Source: a virus | Lineage: Duplodnaviria; Caudoviricetes | DNA length: 64,000 nt | IMG/VR virus record: IMGVR_UViG_3300020049_016424 | Span: 32,001-96,000 of that record | Direction: 5' to 3' (one strand) | Part shown: one piece after another, positions 10,886 through 20,400 of the stretch | How the letters are laid out: the number at the start of each line of letters is the position of its first letter | Position numbering within the stretch: the first letter of the stretch is position 1 | The notes under the pieces: model-generated | Seen by the model: the letters and a program-made list of their open reading frames with translations, nothing else | The model's database searches: none | What the model was told of the DNA's origin: nothing | Translations under genes and position numbers: made by a program

Positions 10886-11245
10886 GTGAAAGCTCCATCC
10901 CTCGAAGAGATCGACCGGAATACGTTCTACGCCGTCAAAAGCGTAGACAGCCAGCGAGCGCGTCTCGCAGCCTACGACAGCGACAAGGACCGAGATCGCC
11001 GTCGGGTCTCGAATCTGTGCGCGGCTTGCTACTACTTCCGCATCGGCGGCGTAGGCGGCCGTGCGATGACCGATCGCGACTGCGAGTGCTGCGGATCGAC
11101 GGTGACGTATACGTCGACCAACACCATGCGATTCTGCAGCGTGTGCGCCGACGCGCTGCACGTTTGTCGGCTGTGCGGAGCGGACGCCGAGCTTGAATCG
11201 CGCATCTCGGTTGCAGGCGTCGACCTGCCCGTTCGCCGGCCCTGA
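10886..11245 (+). CDS. Cys-rich zinc-finger protein
   Basis: Four CxxC pairs (CAAC, CECC, CSVC, CRLC); GTG start after GGAAGGGG. Confidence 0.6.
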   Translation: MKAPSLEEIDRNTFYAVKSVDSQRARLAAYDSDKDRDRRRVSNLCAACYYFRIGGVGGRAMTDRDCECCGSTVTYTSTNTMRFCSVCADALHVCRLCGADAELESRISVAGVDLPVRRP

Positions 11246-11274
11246 CGTCACGAATCCGGAGTACACTGGCCAGC

Positions 11275-11958
11275 ATGAAGTCGGACGAGGATCTGTACAG
11301 CGCGTGGAAGCGGACGGGCATGCCGTCCGACCTCGAAGCGTTGGTGCGCAACCTGAACCCGCTCGTACAGGCTGAAGTGAACCGGCGTTCGGGCACGCTC
11401 GCGCGCGACCTTCTCGTCATCCAGGCGAAGAAGCTCACCGTTGACGCCATCAAGAGCTTCAACCCGAACGCGGGCGTCAAGATCAGTACGCACGTGACGA
11501 ACCAGCTGCAGAAGCTCTCGCGGGTGAACTACGCGCACCAGAACGCCGCGCGCATTCCCGAGCATCAGATGCTTCAGTTCCACACCGTGAACATCGCCAC
11601 CGAGGACTTCCGCGCGGATAACGGCCGAGATCCCTCCACCGAAGAGCTCGCCGACTCGCTGAAGTGGAGCCCGCGCAAGCTCGAGGATTTCCGCAAGCAG
11701 TTCGAACGTGGCGAGCTACTCGAGAGCATCGACACGCCCGCGGCGCTCTTCGTCTCAGAAGAGCACGACCCGCGCATCAACTACGTCTACTCGAGCCTGA
11801 CGCCGCGGCAGCAACAGATCTTCGAACTGACGACCGGCTTCCACGGCGTCAAGCGCATCCCCAACCCCCAGATCCAATCGAAGCTGGGCATCACGATCGG
11901 AGTGCTCTCGTATGAGAAAACCAAGATCAAAGAGGCCCTTCACAAGGTCTTGGGGTAG
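11275..11958 (+). CDS. Phage sigma-70-family RNA polymerase sigma factor
   Basis: Region 2 (DAIKSFNPNAGVKISTHV), ARIPEH, region 3 (GRDPSTEELADSL), region 4 (LTPRQQQIFELTTG). Confidence 0.8.
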   Translation: MKSDEDLYSAWKRTGMPSDLEALVRNLNPLVQAEVNRRSGTLARDLLVIQAKKLTVDAIKSFNPNAGVKISTHVTNQLQKLSRVNYAHQNAARIPEHQMLQFHTVNIATEDFRADNGRDPSTEELADSLKWSPRKLEDFRKQFERGELLESIDTPAALFVSEEHDPRINYVYSSLTPRQQQIFELTTGFHGVKRIPNPQIQSKLGITIGVLSYEKTKIKEALHKVLG

Positions 11959-11979
11959 CGCGCACGAAAGAGGTGAGCC

Positions 11980-12204
11980 ATGCAACGGCCCGTGTCCACT
12001 GTGCTCTTCACGTTCCGGCATCTCGCAGGGGGCGTCGTGTGCTTCTTCCTCGAGCACCAGGTCGTCAGCTATCGAACCGTCCGAGGGTACGACTTCTGCT
12101 GCCCTCGCTGCGGATCTCGAGATGCGAAGGTCGTGAACCTCGTTCGAAGCGCCTACCGCGCACATCCGCGAGGGCAGGAGACGGTCTGGGGAGACGATGA
12201 CTGA
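11980..12204 (+). CDS. Small zinc-ribbon protein
   Basis: CFFLEH...CPRCGS; GAGG upstream; overlaps the next start. Confidence 0.45.
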   Translation: MQRPVSTVLFTFRHLAGGVVCFFLEHQVVSYRTVRGYDFCCPRCGSRDAKVVNLVRSAYRAHPRGQETVWGDDD

Positions 12205-13648
12205 GACCACCTTCGGCGAGCAGGCTGTTGCGGCCAGCGACACGACCTTCACCCCCGACGAGCTCGCGAGCGTCGTCGCGGGAGGCTTCTCGCGCATCCT
12301 CGACGGACTCGAGGCTCAGACCGCGGTGCAGCGCAACCAGGCCGTGCCCGCGACGGCTGCGGCGACAGACCGATACGTGGCACGGACAGGGTTCGACTCG
12401 CTACTCCCGGGACGGGAGTTCCAGTACACCCGATCGACGATCGGACGCGGGTTCGCGCGCCCTTCGGAGGTCACACAGGCTGACCCCTCCCCCGTCGACC
12501 AAGTCGTGCTGCGCTCCTTCGGCTGGAGCATCGACCAGGCCGCGCTGCGCCTCGGTGCGCGAAGCATCCGGGTGGACTCGCTCGAGAGCGGACACAATCC
12601 GTACAAGATCTTCGCGCGCATTCAGGAAGCCACGCAGCAACCCCACCGCGCGCCCTCACACCTGATTTCACGTCGAGGAGACATCTACAGTCTCGTACCG
12701 TGGAACCGCGCTCCCGACTGCAACCTGAGCCAGGCAGCACGCAGCAAGCGCGTGGCTGACCGCGCCATCTCGATCGAGCTCGAGGCCTGGCACACAGGCT
12801 TCTACGTGCCGTACTCGAGCGCGACCGAGCGCACGTTCCGCATCACAGGCCTGATGCCCTACACCGACGCGCAGATGCAGGCGGTGGCTTTTCTGTTGCG
12901 CAAGCTCGGCGTCTGGTCGAACACCGACCCCACGACCTGCCTCGGGTTCACGATGAGTCAGATCGGGGCGCGACTCGGCAACGGCGGCAGCCACCAGGCG
13001 GGCACCGTGCTCGAGAGCGTCTTCAGCTCCCAGACACCGCAGAGCCCTGGAGGAGAGTGGCAGTTCCCCCCGGACTGGGTCCTCGGCGACCCCCTGCCCG
13101 GGCATCTGAGCGACCAGAGCGCAGCTTGGACGACGCGCTTGCAGACGTACTACACGGGACAGGGCGTCGCGGCAGGCACGGCCATCAGCCACTACAAGAC
13201 GATCAAGGACATCTACGACACGCTGCCCGTCTACGACATCGAGACGTCACTCTTCGAGGCGCAGAGCGCAGCCGCCGTCTACGTCGCGGACCCGGGGGCG
13301 CCCACGGCCTCGGCGCCGGCGAGCGCAGCGGCGGACGCGACGGGAGAGTCCTTCGCGCGCTCACAGCGTATGCAGGGCTCGCTCCGCAACCAGCTCTACG
13401 ACGCCATGTCCGTGGCGAACGAGGCAACCAGCACCGCGGTCGCACTACAGGCCATGCGCGCCAACGCGATGCGCACGGCCAAGATCTCGATTCCCGTCGT
13501 ACGCAACGCGCTCGCGTTCAACTTCGCAACAGGCGAGTGGAACATCATCGTGGGAACAACCACGCTGAACCCGAATCCTTCAGCGGTTGCTGACGCGCTC
13601 AAGGCTGCGGCTGCAGCGCAAGCGGCGCGCGGGCGCCCTGGCACCTAA
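12197..13648 (+). CDS. N-acetylmuramoyl-L-alanine amidase-like (Amidase_2 fold) virion protein
   Basis: SHLISRRGDIYSLVP, AISIELEA, YTDAQMQAVAFLL; canonical Zn-ligand His residues not evident. Confidence 0.6.
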   Translation: MTETTFGEQAVAASDTTFTPDELASVVAGGFSRILDGLEAQTAVQRNQAVPATAAATDRYVARTGFDSLLPGREFQYTRSTIGRGFARPSEVTQADPSPVDQVVLRSFGWSIDQAALRLGARSIRVDSLESGHNPYKIFARIQEATQQPHRAPSHLISRRGDIYSLVPWNRAPDCNLSQAARSKRVADRAISIELEAWHTGFYVPYSSATERTFRITGLMPYTDAQMQAVAFLLRKLGVWSNTDPTTCLGFTMSQIGARLGNGGSHQAGTVLESVFSSQTPQSPGGEWQFPPDWVLGDPLPGHLSDQSAAWTTRLQTYYTGQGVAAGTAISHYKTIKDIYDTLPVYDIETSLFEAQSAAAVYVADPGAPTASAPASAAADATGESFARSQRMQGSLRNQLYDAMSVANEATSTAVALQAMRANAMRTAKISIPVVRNALAFNFATGEWNIIVGTTTLNPNPSAVADALKAAAAAQAARGRPGT

Positions 13649-13659
13649 AAAGAGGACGT

Positions 13660-14112
13660 ATGGCCGACCGCTACGACATCCACTTCCAGTCGCTCACGCT
13701 CGAGGAAGCTCTCACCTCGAACAAGATCGCGACGTTCGGCTACGACCCTCCGATCGGTGTCCGCGGCATGCAGATGTGCATCAACCTGTGGCTCAAGATC
13801 TTGCTGACGCGACGTGGAAGCGACCCGACGAATCTCGCGCGCGGCACCGACTTCACGAACCTCATCGGCTCGAACGTCGACCTGAACATCGCAGAGGACG
13901 TGCTGCGCGTGGCGATCGACTCTGCGTCTTCGCAGCTGTCCGACATCCAGCGCAACGACACCACGCTCGCACCTAGAGAAAAGCTCGCCTCGGCCAAGCT
14001 CCTCGCGTTCATCGCGAACCCAGCAGCGCCGGGTTTCGATGCACGCGTGGAGATCTTGAACCAAGCCGGCGAGCGTCTTCTCGTGAACATCCCCGACTTC
14101 GCGCGGGGCTAG
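13660..14112 (+). CDS. gp25-like baseplate wedge protein
   Basis: KILLTRRGSDP...GTDFTNLIG, typical of the GPW/gp25 family; located among baseplate genes. Confidence 0.7.
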   Translation: MADRYDIHFQSLTLEEALTSNKIATFGYDPPIGVRGMQMCINLWLKILLTRRGSDPTNLARGTDFTNLIGSNVDLNIAEDVLRVAIDSASSQLSDIQRNDTTLAPREKLASAKLLAFIANPAAPGFDARVEILNQAGERLLVNIPDFARG

Positions 14113-14918
14113 GCGAACTGCGGCAGCTCGGACGTCGCTGCCATGGAGTCCACGATCTGCTGCGCGAGGTATTCTTCCACGGCGCCGAGCGCGTCAGAGA
14201 CATCTGCAGCGGTGTGCGAGGCTTTTCGAGCGCCTTCCGGGTCCTCGATAGCAGACACGGATTCTGCCGTCTGGATGAACTCGAATCGCACCGTGTCGAG
14301 GTAGTCGATGCGCTTCTGCCGTTCGTCGTCCTCGACGTAGCATGTGCGGTAGCATGCTTTGATGAGGGCGCGCAGCTTCACGCCGCAGAGGTCCGCATCG
14401 GTATGGAGCGTCGGGTGATCGTGCCCACCGTCCGCGCCGAACACCACGTGTTCGGTGGCCTCCTCGTCCACCAGGATGAGGATCCGAGAAGAGCCCGCTC
14501 CGAACAGGGCACCGATGCCCAGGACTCGTGCCCCTTCATAGGGTACGAGGACCGGGTACACCTCGCGGATGACCTGCATGATATGGGTCAAGATGCTGCG
14601 CTCGTGTTCGCGCACACGCGCCGCCTCTTGCTGCTTCTGTACCATCTCCGTGAGCCGCGCCTCGGTGTTCTCGAGCATCTTGATGCGGTAGATGAGCTCC
14701 GCCTTCGACGCCTTCTCGTGCGGCAGCGTCAGCTGCTTCACGAGCTTCTCGTGTTCGCGCGCGGTTGTGTGCCGCGCGAACGCCGCTGCCGCCGCGCCGC
14801 GAACGGCGTCCTTCATCGCACGGGTCCCGCGCGGCGGCTCCGCCCACACCGAACGCTCGGCAGCGGGCGGGAGCGGCGGAACAGGCGCGGCTTTCTTGGA
14901 AGAACCAGGACGTTTCAT
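14109..14918 (-). CDS. Hypothetical protein with coiled-coil N-terminus
   Basis: Start MKRPGSS ATGA-coupled to the upstream ORF; GC3-biased. Confidence 0.6.
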   Translation of the reverse strand: MKRPGSSKKAAPVPPLPPAAERSVWAEPPRGTRAMKDAVRGAAAAAFARHTTAREHEKLVKQLTLPHEKASKAELIYRIKMLENTEARLTEMVQKQQEAARVREHERSILTHIMQVIREVYPVLVPYEGARVLGIGALFGAGSSRILILVDEEATEHVVFGADGGHDHPTLHTDADLCGVKLRALIKACYRTCYVEDDERQKRIDYLDTVRFEFIQTAESVSAIEDPEGARKASHTAADVSDALGAVEEYLAQQIVDSMAATSELPQFA

Positions 14919-15343
14919 GGGGTCACCTCGGGGATAGGGCGGATCTCGCACAGGGGGAAGAAGAGCCAGGAATCGAGCGACGCCGCACTCACAGGCTTGA
15001 AGTAGCCCGGAGCATCGACGACGAAGACGTTCGTGATGCGGCCGTTGTCGAGCCACGTGCCGGTCCAGCACGTGGGCGCGGGGTACGGGCCCGGCGCCGG
15101 CTCGGCGAGGCAGGTGAGGAACACCTCCTGCAGCTCGGCGATGGTGACCGCGTTTGCGATCACTGCGCCGCGCGCGGTACACGCCGCTTCGGCTTCGGGG
15201 TAGGTCATCAGCGTGTCGATGCGGAAGAACGACGCCGGCGGCGGGTCGAGCGGCGCGACCGCTGCGTCCGGGACTTCCGGGGCCGGGATCGAGACATCGC
15301 ACGCGGTGAGAAGCACCGCGAGAAGAAGAATGGGAGTACGCAT
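14915..15343 (-). CDS. Lipoprotein with C-type-lectin-like domain
   Basis: Lipobox LLLAVLLTAC; MTYPEAEAACTARGAVIA...CWTG...FFPLCE. Confidence 0.55.
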   Translation of the reverse strand: MRTPILLLAVLLTACDVSIPAPEVPDAAVAPLDPPPASFFRIDTLMTYPEAEAACTARGAVIANAVTIAELQEVFLTCLAEPAPGPYPAPTCWTGTWLDNGRITNVFVVDAPGYFKPVSAASLDSWLFFPLCEIRPIPEVTP

Positions 15344-15441
15344 GGGGAACCTCTTTGGCTGGGGTAGAGGAGCTCTACACCTTCTTTTACCCGAGAATGT
15401 CCTTACTTTTGAACGACGCCCTCCATGGTACACTGCGGCCT

Positions 15442-17403
15442 ATGTCGATCGAGATCTCTGCTGCTGACGTACGTGATGCTGAAGACCTCCTTGCGAGCGT
15501 CCTCTCCGAGGAAGTCGAGAACGGACGGTTCACGGACGGCACCGCGCTACGCGATCTCGCGGTGAAGGCGCTCGCCGTTGTCTCGGCCCAGATGCGCAAA
15601 GAGAACCGGCAGGTCCAGTCGCTGCAGTCGCTGCTGCGCATCAAGCAGGTCGCCGCGAACACCGCAGAGGCGGACCTCGATCCTGCGGTCATCGACGGCA
15701 CCGATGCCATTCTCTCCAACTGGTTCTTGAAGCGAAAGGCGGGCGGTTACTCGCGCGGCATCGTCCAGATCCTCGTCAACCGCAAGCAGGACTACGTCAT
15801 CCGGCGCACGGACCGGTTCAACTACGACCGCAGCCGCGCGTACTACATCGACTCGCTCACGGACCTCGTCATCCCGAGCCAAGACGTTCGTCCGCTCACC
15901 GACGCTACGGGTGCCGTAGTCGCGTACGCCTTCACCGTACGGCTGATCGCAGCAAAGACAGGCGAGAACTTCGACGTGTCTCCTGGCACCTGGGCCGGTA
16001 ACGGCGGCTTCTCGCCATTCGTGCTGCGCGTCACGTCTTCGATCACGTTCTCGGGCGGCAAGTCCCGCGAGAGCACCACGGCCGTCATCAACCGCGCCGA
16101 GAACGCCATCGCGGTCCGCAACCTCATCAACCCTCGTTCGGTGCTCGCCACCCTCACCGAGACCTTCACCGACCTGTCGCGGCTCATCACCATCGGCATG
16201 GGCGATCTCGAGATGCAGCGCGACCGCGTGCCTTTCGCAGGGTCGCTCGGAGACCTGCACCTTGGAGGTTACTTCGACGTGTACATGGAGCTCCCGGTGA
16301 GCTCGACGCAGTTCGAGGGGCCGGTAGGCGGCGTGTACGCCCGGCCCGACGGCAAGGCGGTCGTCTTCAAGGACGCGGGGGTGCCGGATTGGACGACCTC
16401 GGGGGTGTACGTCGGCGACGTGATCCGCGTTGTCGCAGGCCTGCCGGCCGTGCCGCGGGACTTCGTGGTGCAGACCGTCGCGGCAGGCGAGCTCACCGTG
16501 AGTCCCCTGCAGGCGTTTCCCGAGGTCTCCCTCGCCGTCGAGTACTCGATCTACCGCCCGCTCTTCGGCCCCGACACCCAGATCTACCCGCTCACAGGTA
16601 CGTCGACCACGGGGCAGTGCCTAGCCACGACGCAGACGCCGAACATGGTGCTTCTGCCCCCCGAGCCGCACTACGACATCCTCGATGTCGCCGTCCTCAA
16701 CCCCTTCGGCGGCGACCCCTACGTCAACAGCCCTGACGGCTACGTGCACTTCACGCAGCGGGTGAACGCCTTGCCGGTGCTGCCCACGGACGCGGGCGCG
16801 AGCCTGCCGTTCCGTGTCGTGTCTCGCGCGCCCCTCGACGCACAGTCTTCGTTCGCCTTCGACCTCGTCGAGGTCCCCGAGGAGTACGACGGCTACCGCC
16901 TGCGTGTCACCTACCAGACCACGGTCGGTTTCGGCGCCATCGATTCGTTCGTGCGGGATCGATTCCAGCGCGTGCTCTGCGCCAACGCGCAGCCCAAGGC
17001 GTACCACCCGATCTACCTGACGATGACGATCCCCTATGAGCTGAAGCGCAACCCGACCGCGCTCGTGAACGAGCTCACGCTGCGACAGAACATCGTCGCG
17101 TTCATCAACAGCTTCGACCCGCGCGAAGTCATCGACGTCAGCGACATCATGCAGTACATCCGGAACGCAGACGGGAACATCGGATCGGTGCTGCCCTTCG
17201 AGATCACGTACACGTTGCTCGCCCCCGACGGGCGCGCCATCACCTTTCTCACGGACTCGACGGTGTCGATCGACCCGGCGAAGGTGGATACCGTCACCAC
17301 CGGCAGCGCGCCCTCGCTCGAAGAGCTCCTGGCCATGAGCGTGTCAGACCGCACCGTGCGGTATCTCACCCGCCTCGAACGCATCCAGGTCGAGCTCCGC
17401 TAG
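15442..17403 (+). CDS. Baseplate J-like wedge protein
   Basis: GTALRDLAVK, ILSNWFLKRKAG, FSGGKSRES...LINPRS; position in baseplate cluster; start set by TACACT box. Confidence 0.7.
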   Translation: MSIEISAADVRDAEDLLASVLSEEVENGRFTDGTALRDLAVKALAVVSAQMRKENRQVQSLQSLLRIKQVAANTAEADLDPAVIDGTDAILSNWFLKRKAGGYSRGIVQILVNRKQDYVIRRTDRFNYDRSRAYYIDSLTDLVIPSQDVRPLTDATGAVVAYAFTVRLIAAKTGENFDVSPGTWAGNGGFSPFVLRVTSSITFSGGKSRESTTAVINRAENAIAVRNLINPRSVLATLTETFTDLSRLITIGMGDLEMQRDRVPFAGSLGDLHLGGYFDVYMELPVSSTQFEGPVGGVYARPDGKAVVFKDAGVPDWTTSGVYVGDVIRVVAGLPAVPRDFVVQTVAAGELTVSPLQAFPEVSLAVEYSIYRPLFGPDTQIYPLTGTSTTGQCLATTQTPNMVLLPPEPHYDILDVAVLNPFGGDPYVNSPDGYVHFTQRVNALPVLPTDAGASLPFRVVSRAPLDAQSSFAFDLVEVPEEYDGYRLRVTYQTTVGFGAIDSFVRDRFQRVLCANAQPKAYHPIYLTMTIPYELKRNPTALVNELTLRQNIVAFINSFDPREVIDVSDIMQYIRNADGNIGSVLPFEITYTLLAPDGRAITFLTDSTVSIDPAKVDTVTTGSAPSLEELLAMSVSDRTVRYLTRLERIQVELR

Positions 17404-17443
17404 AACCCTCTTCGGGGAAAGCCGCGCGTGCTAGCCTAGCTGC

Positions 17444-20400
17444 GTGGCGAACTACTCCCCCAATGCGAAATCGCTCCTCTACACGCTGAGCGACTTCTGG
17501 ACGTTGTACTTCCGGGAAACGAGCGTTCTCGAGGGGCTGTACCGCGGCACGGAGATCGAAGTCGGCCAGGCGTACCTCGACCTGATGGCGCTGCTCCTGA
17601 ACAACAGCATTCAGGATACGACGCTCTTCGATACCGACTATTTCAAACTGATCCGGCTGCGAGAAGACATCGCCGCGTTCTCCTCGGACGCGAAGTACCA
17701 CCTCGCGCTCGACACGGACGTGGCGGGGTTGCAGTACTTGCACGACCGCATCTTCGAACCAACAGCCGCGCTCGAGCGCAACCTCGACTTCATCTTCGAT
17801 CCAGCAGCGCGCGACATCAGCCTCAGCTTCGACCCCCTCGCCGCCTACTTCGGTCACGGCTTCGGAGACGACAACAGCGCCTTCTTTGTCGAGCTCGTGG
17901 CCCCCGGCGCGCCCGTCAAGCCCGTCGAGCTCGTGCTCGTCGACGCCGCGGTTTCTAGCCCTGCGCTTCTGCGCACGGAGTCCGCGACGGTCGTCACCTT
18001 CACGCTCACGTACGCAGGCCCCAGCAATGGCGCGCTGCACACCACCGCGCAGCTCGTGTCGCTGCTCAACTCCGACCCCCAGGCGCGAGAGTTCCTCACC
18101 GCACGACTCGCGGGCCTCGCCACGGGCGCTGCCTCGCCTGTTGCCGGGACGCACACGCTCTCCCGGCAAGCGACGGCGCCCTTGCGCGGCTTCGCAACAC
18201 GCACCTTCGACGTTGCGTATGGCACCGCGTTCTACGACGGCCATGCCGGGGATTGGCTCGAGACCTTGGTGGAGAAGGGCGACGTGCTTCGGATCTTCCG
18301 CGGACCGCAGTACGGCGAGTCTCAGGAGTTTCCCGTCTCTCTCCTGCGCAGCGATGCTCTCTACCTGTACCCGCAGGTGGCACCTGCGAACCTGCCGGGC
18401 GGTCTCGAGTACGTGATCTTGCGCAGTCCTGCCGACGATCTGTCGCAGAACGAACCCGTACCCACCATCGGTACGGACGTCTTCGTCCCCGCAGGCGCCG
18501 CGGATGCTGGCACCATGACGTTCGTCAGCGTAGGCGCGAACTTCAACACGCTGCACCGCGGGCAGGTGCTCACGCTCGCCAGTCCGGTGAACATCGGCGA
18601 CTGGATCATCCTCGACGTACTCGACGCGAACACCGTCGTCCTCGGCGGCGCTGCCCTCGTCACCGAGGCGGGCATTCCTGCAGAGCTCCGACTCGTGCAC
18701 AGCTCCACGTTCCTCGACGGCGGCATCACGCCGAACGGTGACGGCACCGCTGAGTTCGCAAGCCCCTCGATGTCCGTCCCCGACGATCTCACAGGCACGG
18801 TGCTGCTTCTCGACCTCGCAGGCGTACAGTTGCGGCTCGAGGTGCTTGAACGTCTCACGTTCTCGTCCGTCTTGGTGCGTGCGCCGTCTGTCGTCGCGCC
18901 CGCGACGGGCCTTCGCTGGGCCTTCGGTATCCACAAGGCCGCCCCGTTCTACCCCGTTTTCAGCTCCCCGAACGCTGCGCTCCCGGTGCCGGGCACCATG
19001 ACGATTGCAGCGCGGCGCTTCCTCGACGGCGGCGCAGTTCTCGAAGGGCGGGACTTCGCCGTCGACTACGACCTCGGCCTCGTCACACCGCGCACGCTAT
19101 GGAATCCGGGCAGCAGCGCGACGCTCTCGTACCAGTACCGCGAGATCGTCTACCGTCCCCAGGACGGAGACCTGCGCAACGATGTCGACGGCGCGGTGCT
19201 CTCGGCCACCGAGCTCGCGAGCGTGGGCCTCGCATTCACGCAAGCGGACGTGGGCGCTCGACTCACCATCTTCAACTCGGGGACCGACAACGACGGCGAG
19301 TACGTCATCGCCGAAGTCTATGGCGCGACTGCAGTCCGCCTCGCGGGGCGCACGCTCACGGTGCCCGACCCGAACGACGGGTTCCTCGACGTGTCGGTCT
19401 ACCAGCGGGGCCGCGCCGTCACGCAGGACGTCGTCGAGACTGTGACTGAGATCGGAGCTTGGGCGCCGAATGCGCAGATCGACAAGTTCCACCTCTACTT
19501 CACCTACGGCTACCTCATCAACCGCGTGCAGGTGAGCTCGGAAGGCTACCGTGCACTCATCCGCGGCGTGTTCCAGCTCTTCATGCTCGGACCCACCCTC
19601 GAGCGCTTCGAAGCGGCCATCAACGCAGTCGCGGGGCTCGAGACCATCCGAGACGACGGCGAGCTCTTCCTGTACTACGACCCCCAGTCGGGCGTAGGCG
19701 GAAGCGGCGGCGTGTTCGATGGCAACGCCAACACGTTCACCGACGCAGGCGCGTCGTTCGCCCCCGTCGACATCTACAACCGGCTCTACGTCACGTCAGG
19801 ATTCAACGCGAATCGTCTGTTCACGATCGTCGAGGTGCTCAGCACCACTACGATCCGTGTCGCCGAGATTCCAGTCACCGACACCGGCGTCGTGTGGGAG
19901 CTCACCGCCTCGGGCGAGCACTCGATCACGACGTCGCGTGCTACCTACAGCTTCTCGCGCACGGTGCCGCTCAAGGAGAAGTTCCTCACGCCGTCGAACG
20001 AAGGCGTCCTGACGCTGCACGCGTTCGAAGTCATCACGAACGTCTTCACCGTCACCGACTACGTCGAGACGCCGAAGTGGTGGGAGTTCGCGCGCATCCC
20101 GCCGGAGCTCTGGCCTGGCGCAGACCCGCAGCGCCGGCAGAGCACTCCTGCGCTCTTCGAGAACGTCGCGGGTGCGAGCGATAACCCGCTCGCAGGAGAC
20201 CCCGGCCTTTACGCGGGCGCCAACGATCTCGGCGTGCCGCTAGAACACCCGATTCTGACGTTCGGAGGCGGCGGCACGTACTACCCCGACCCCGCGTACC
20301 CGGTGAGCACCTCCGAAGTGTTCTTCGATCACGCGCTGTTCGCGAGCCTCACCTTCAACCCCGTGGGCAATACCCTGCGCGTGGGCTTTCTGCCCCCGTA

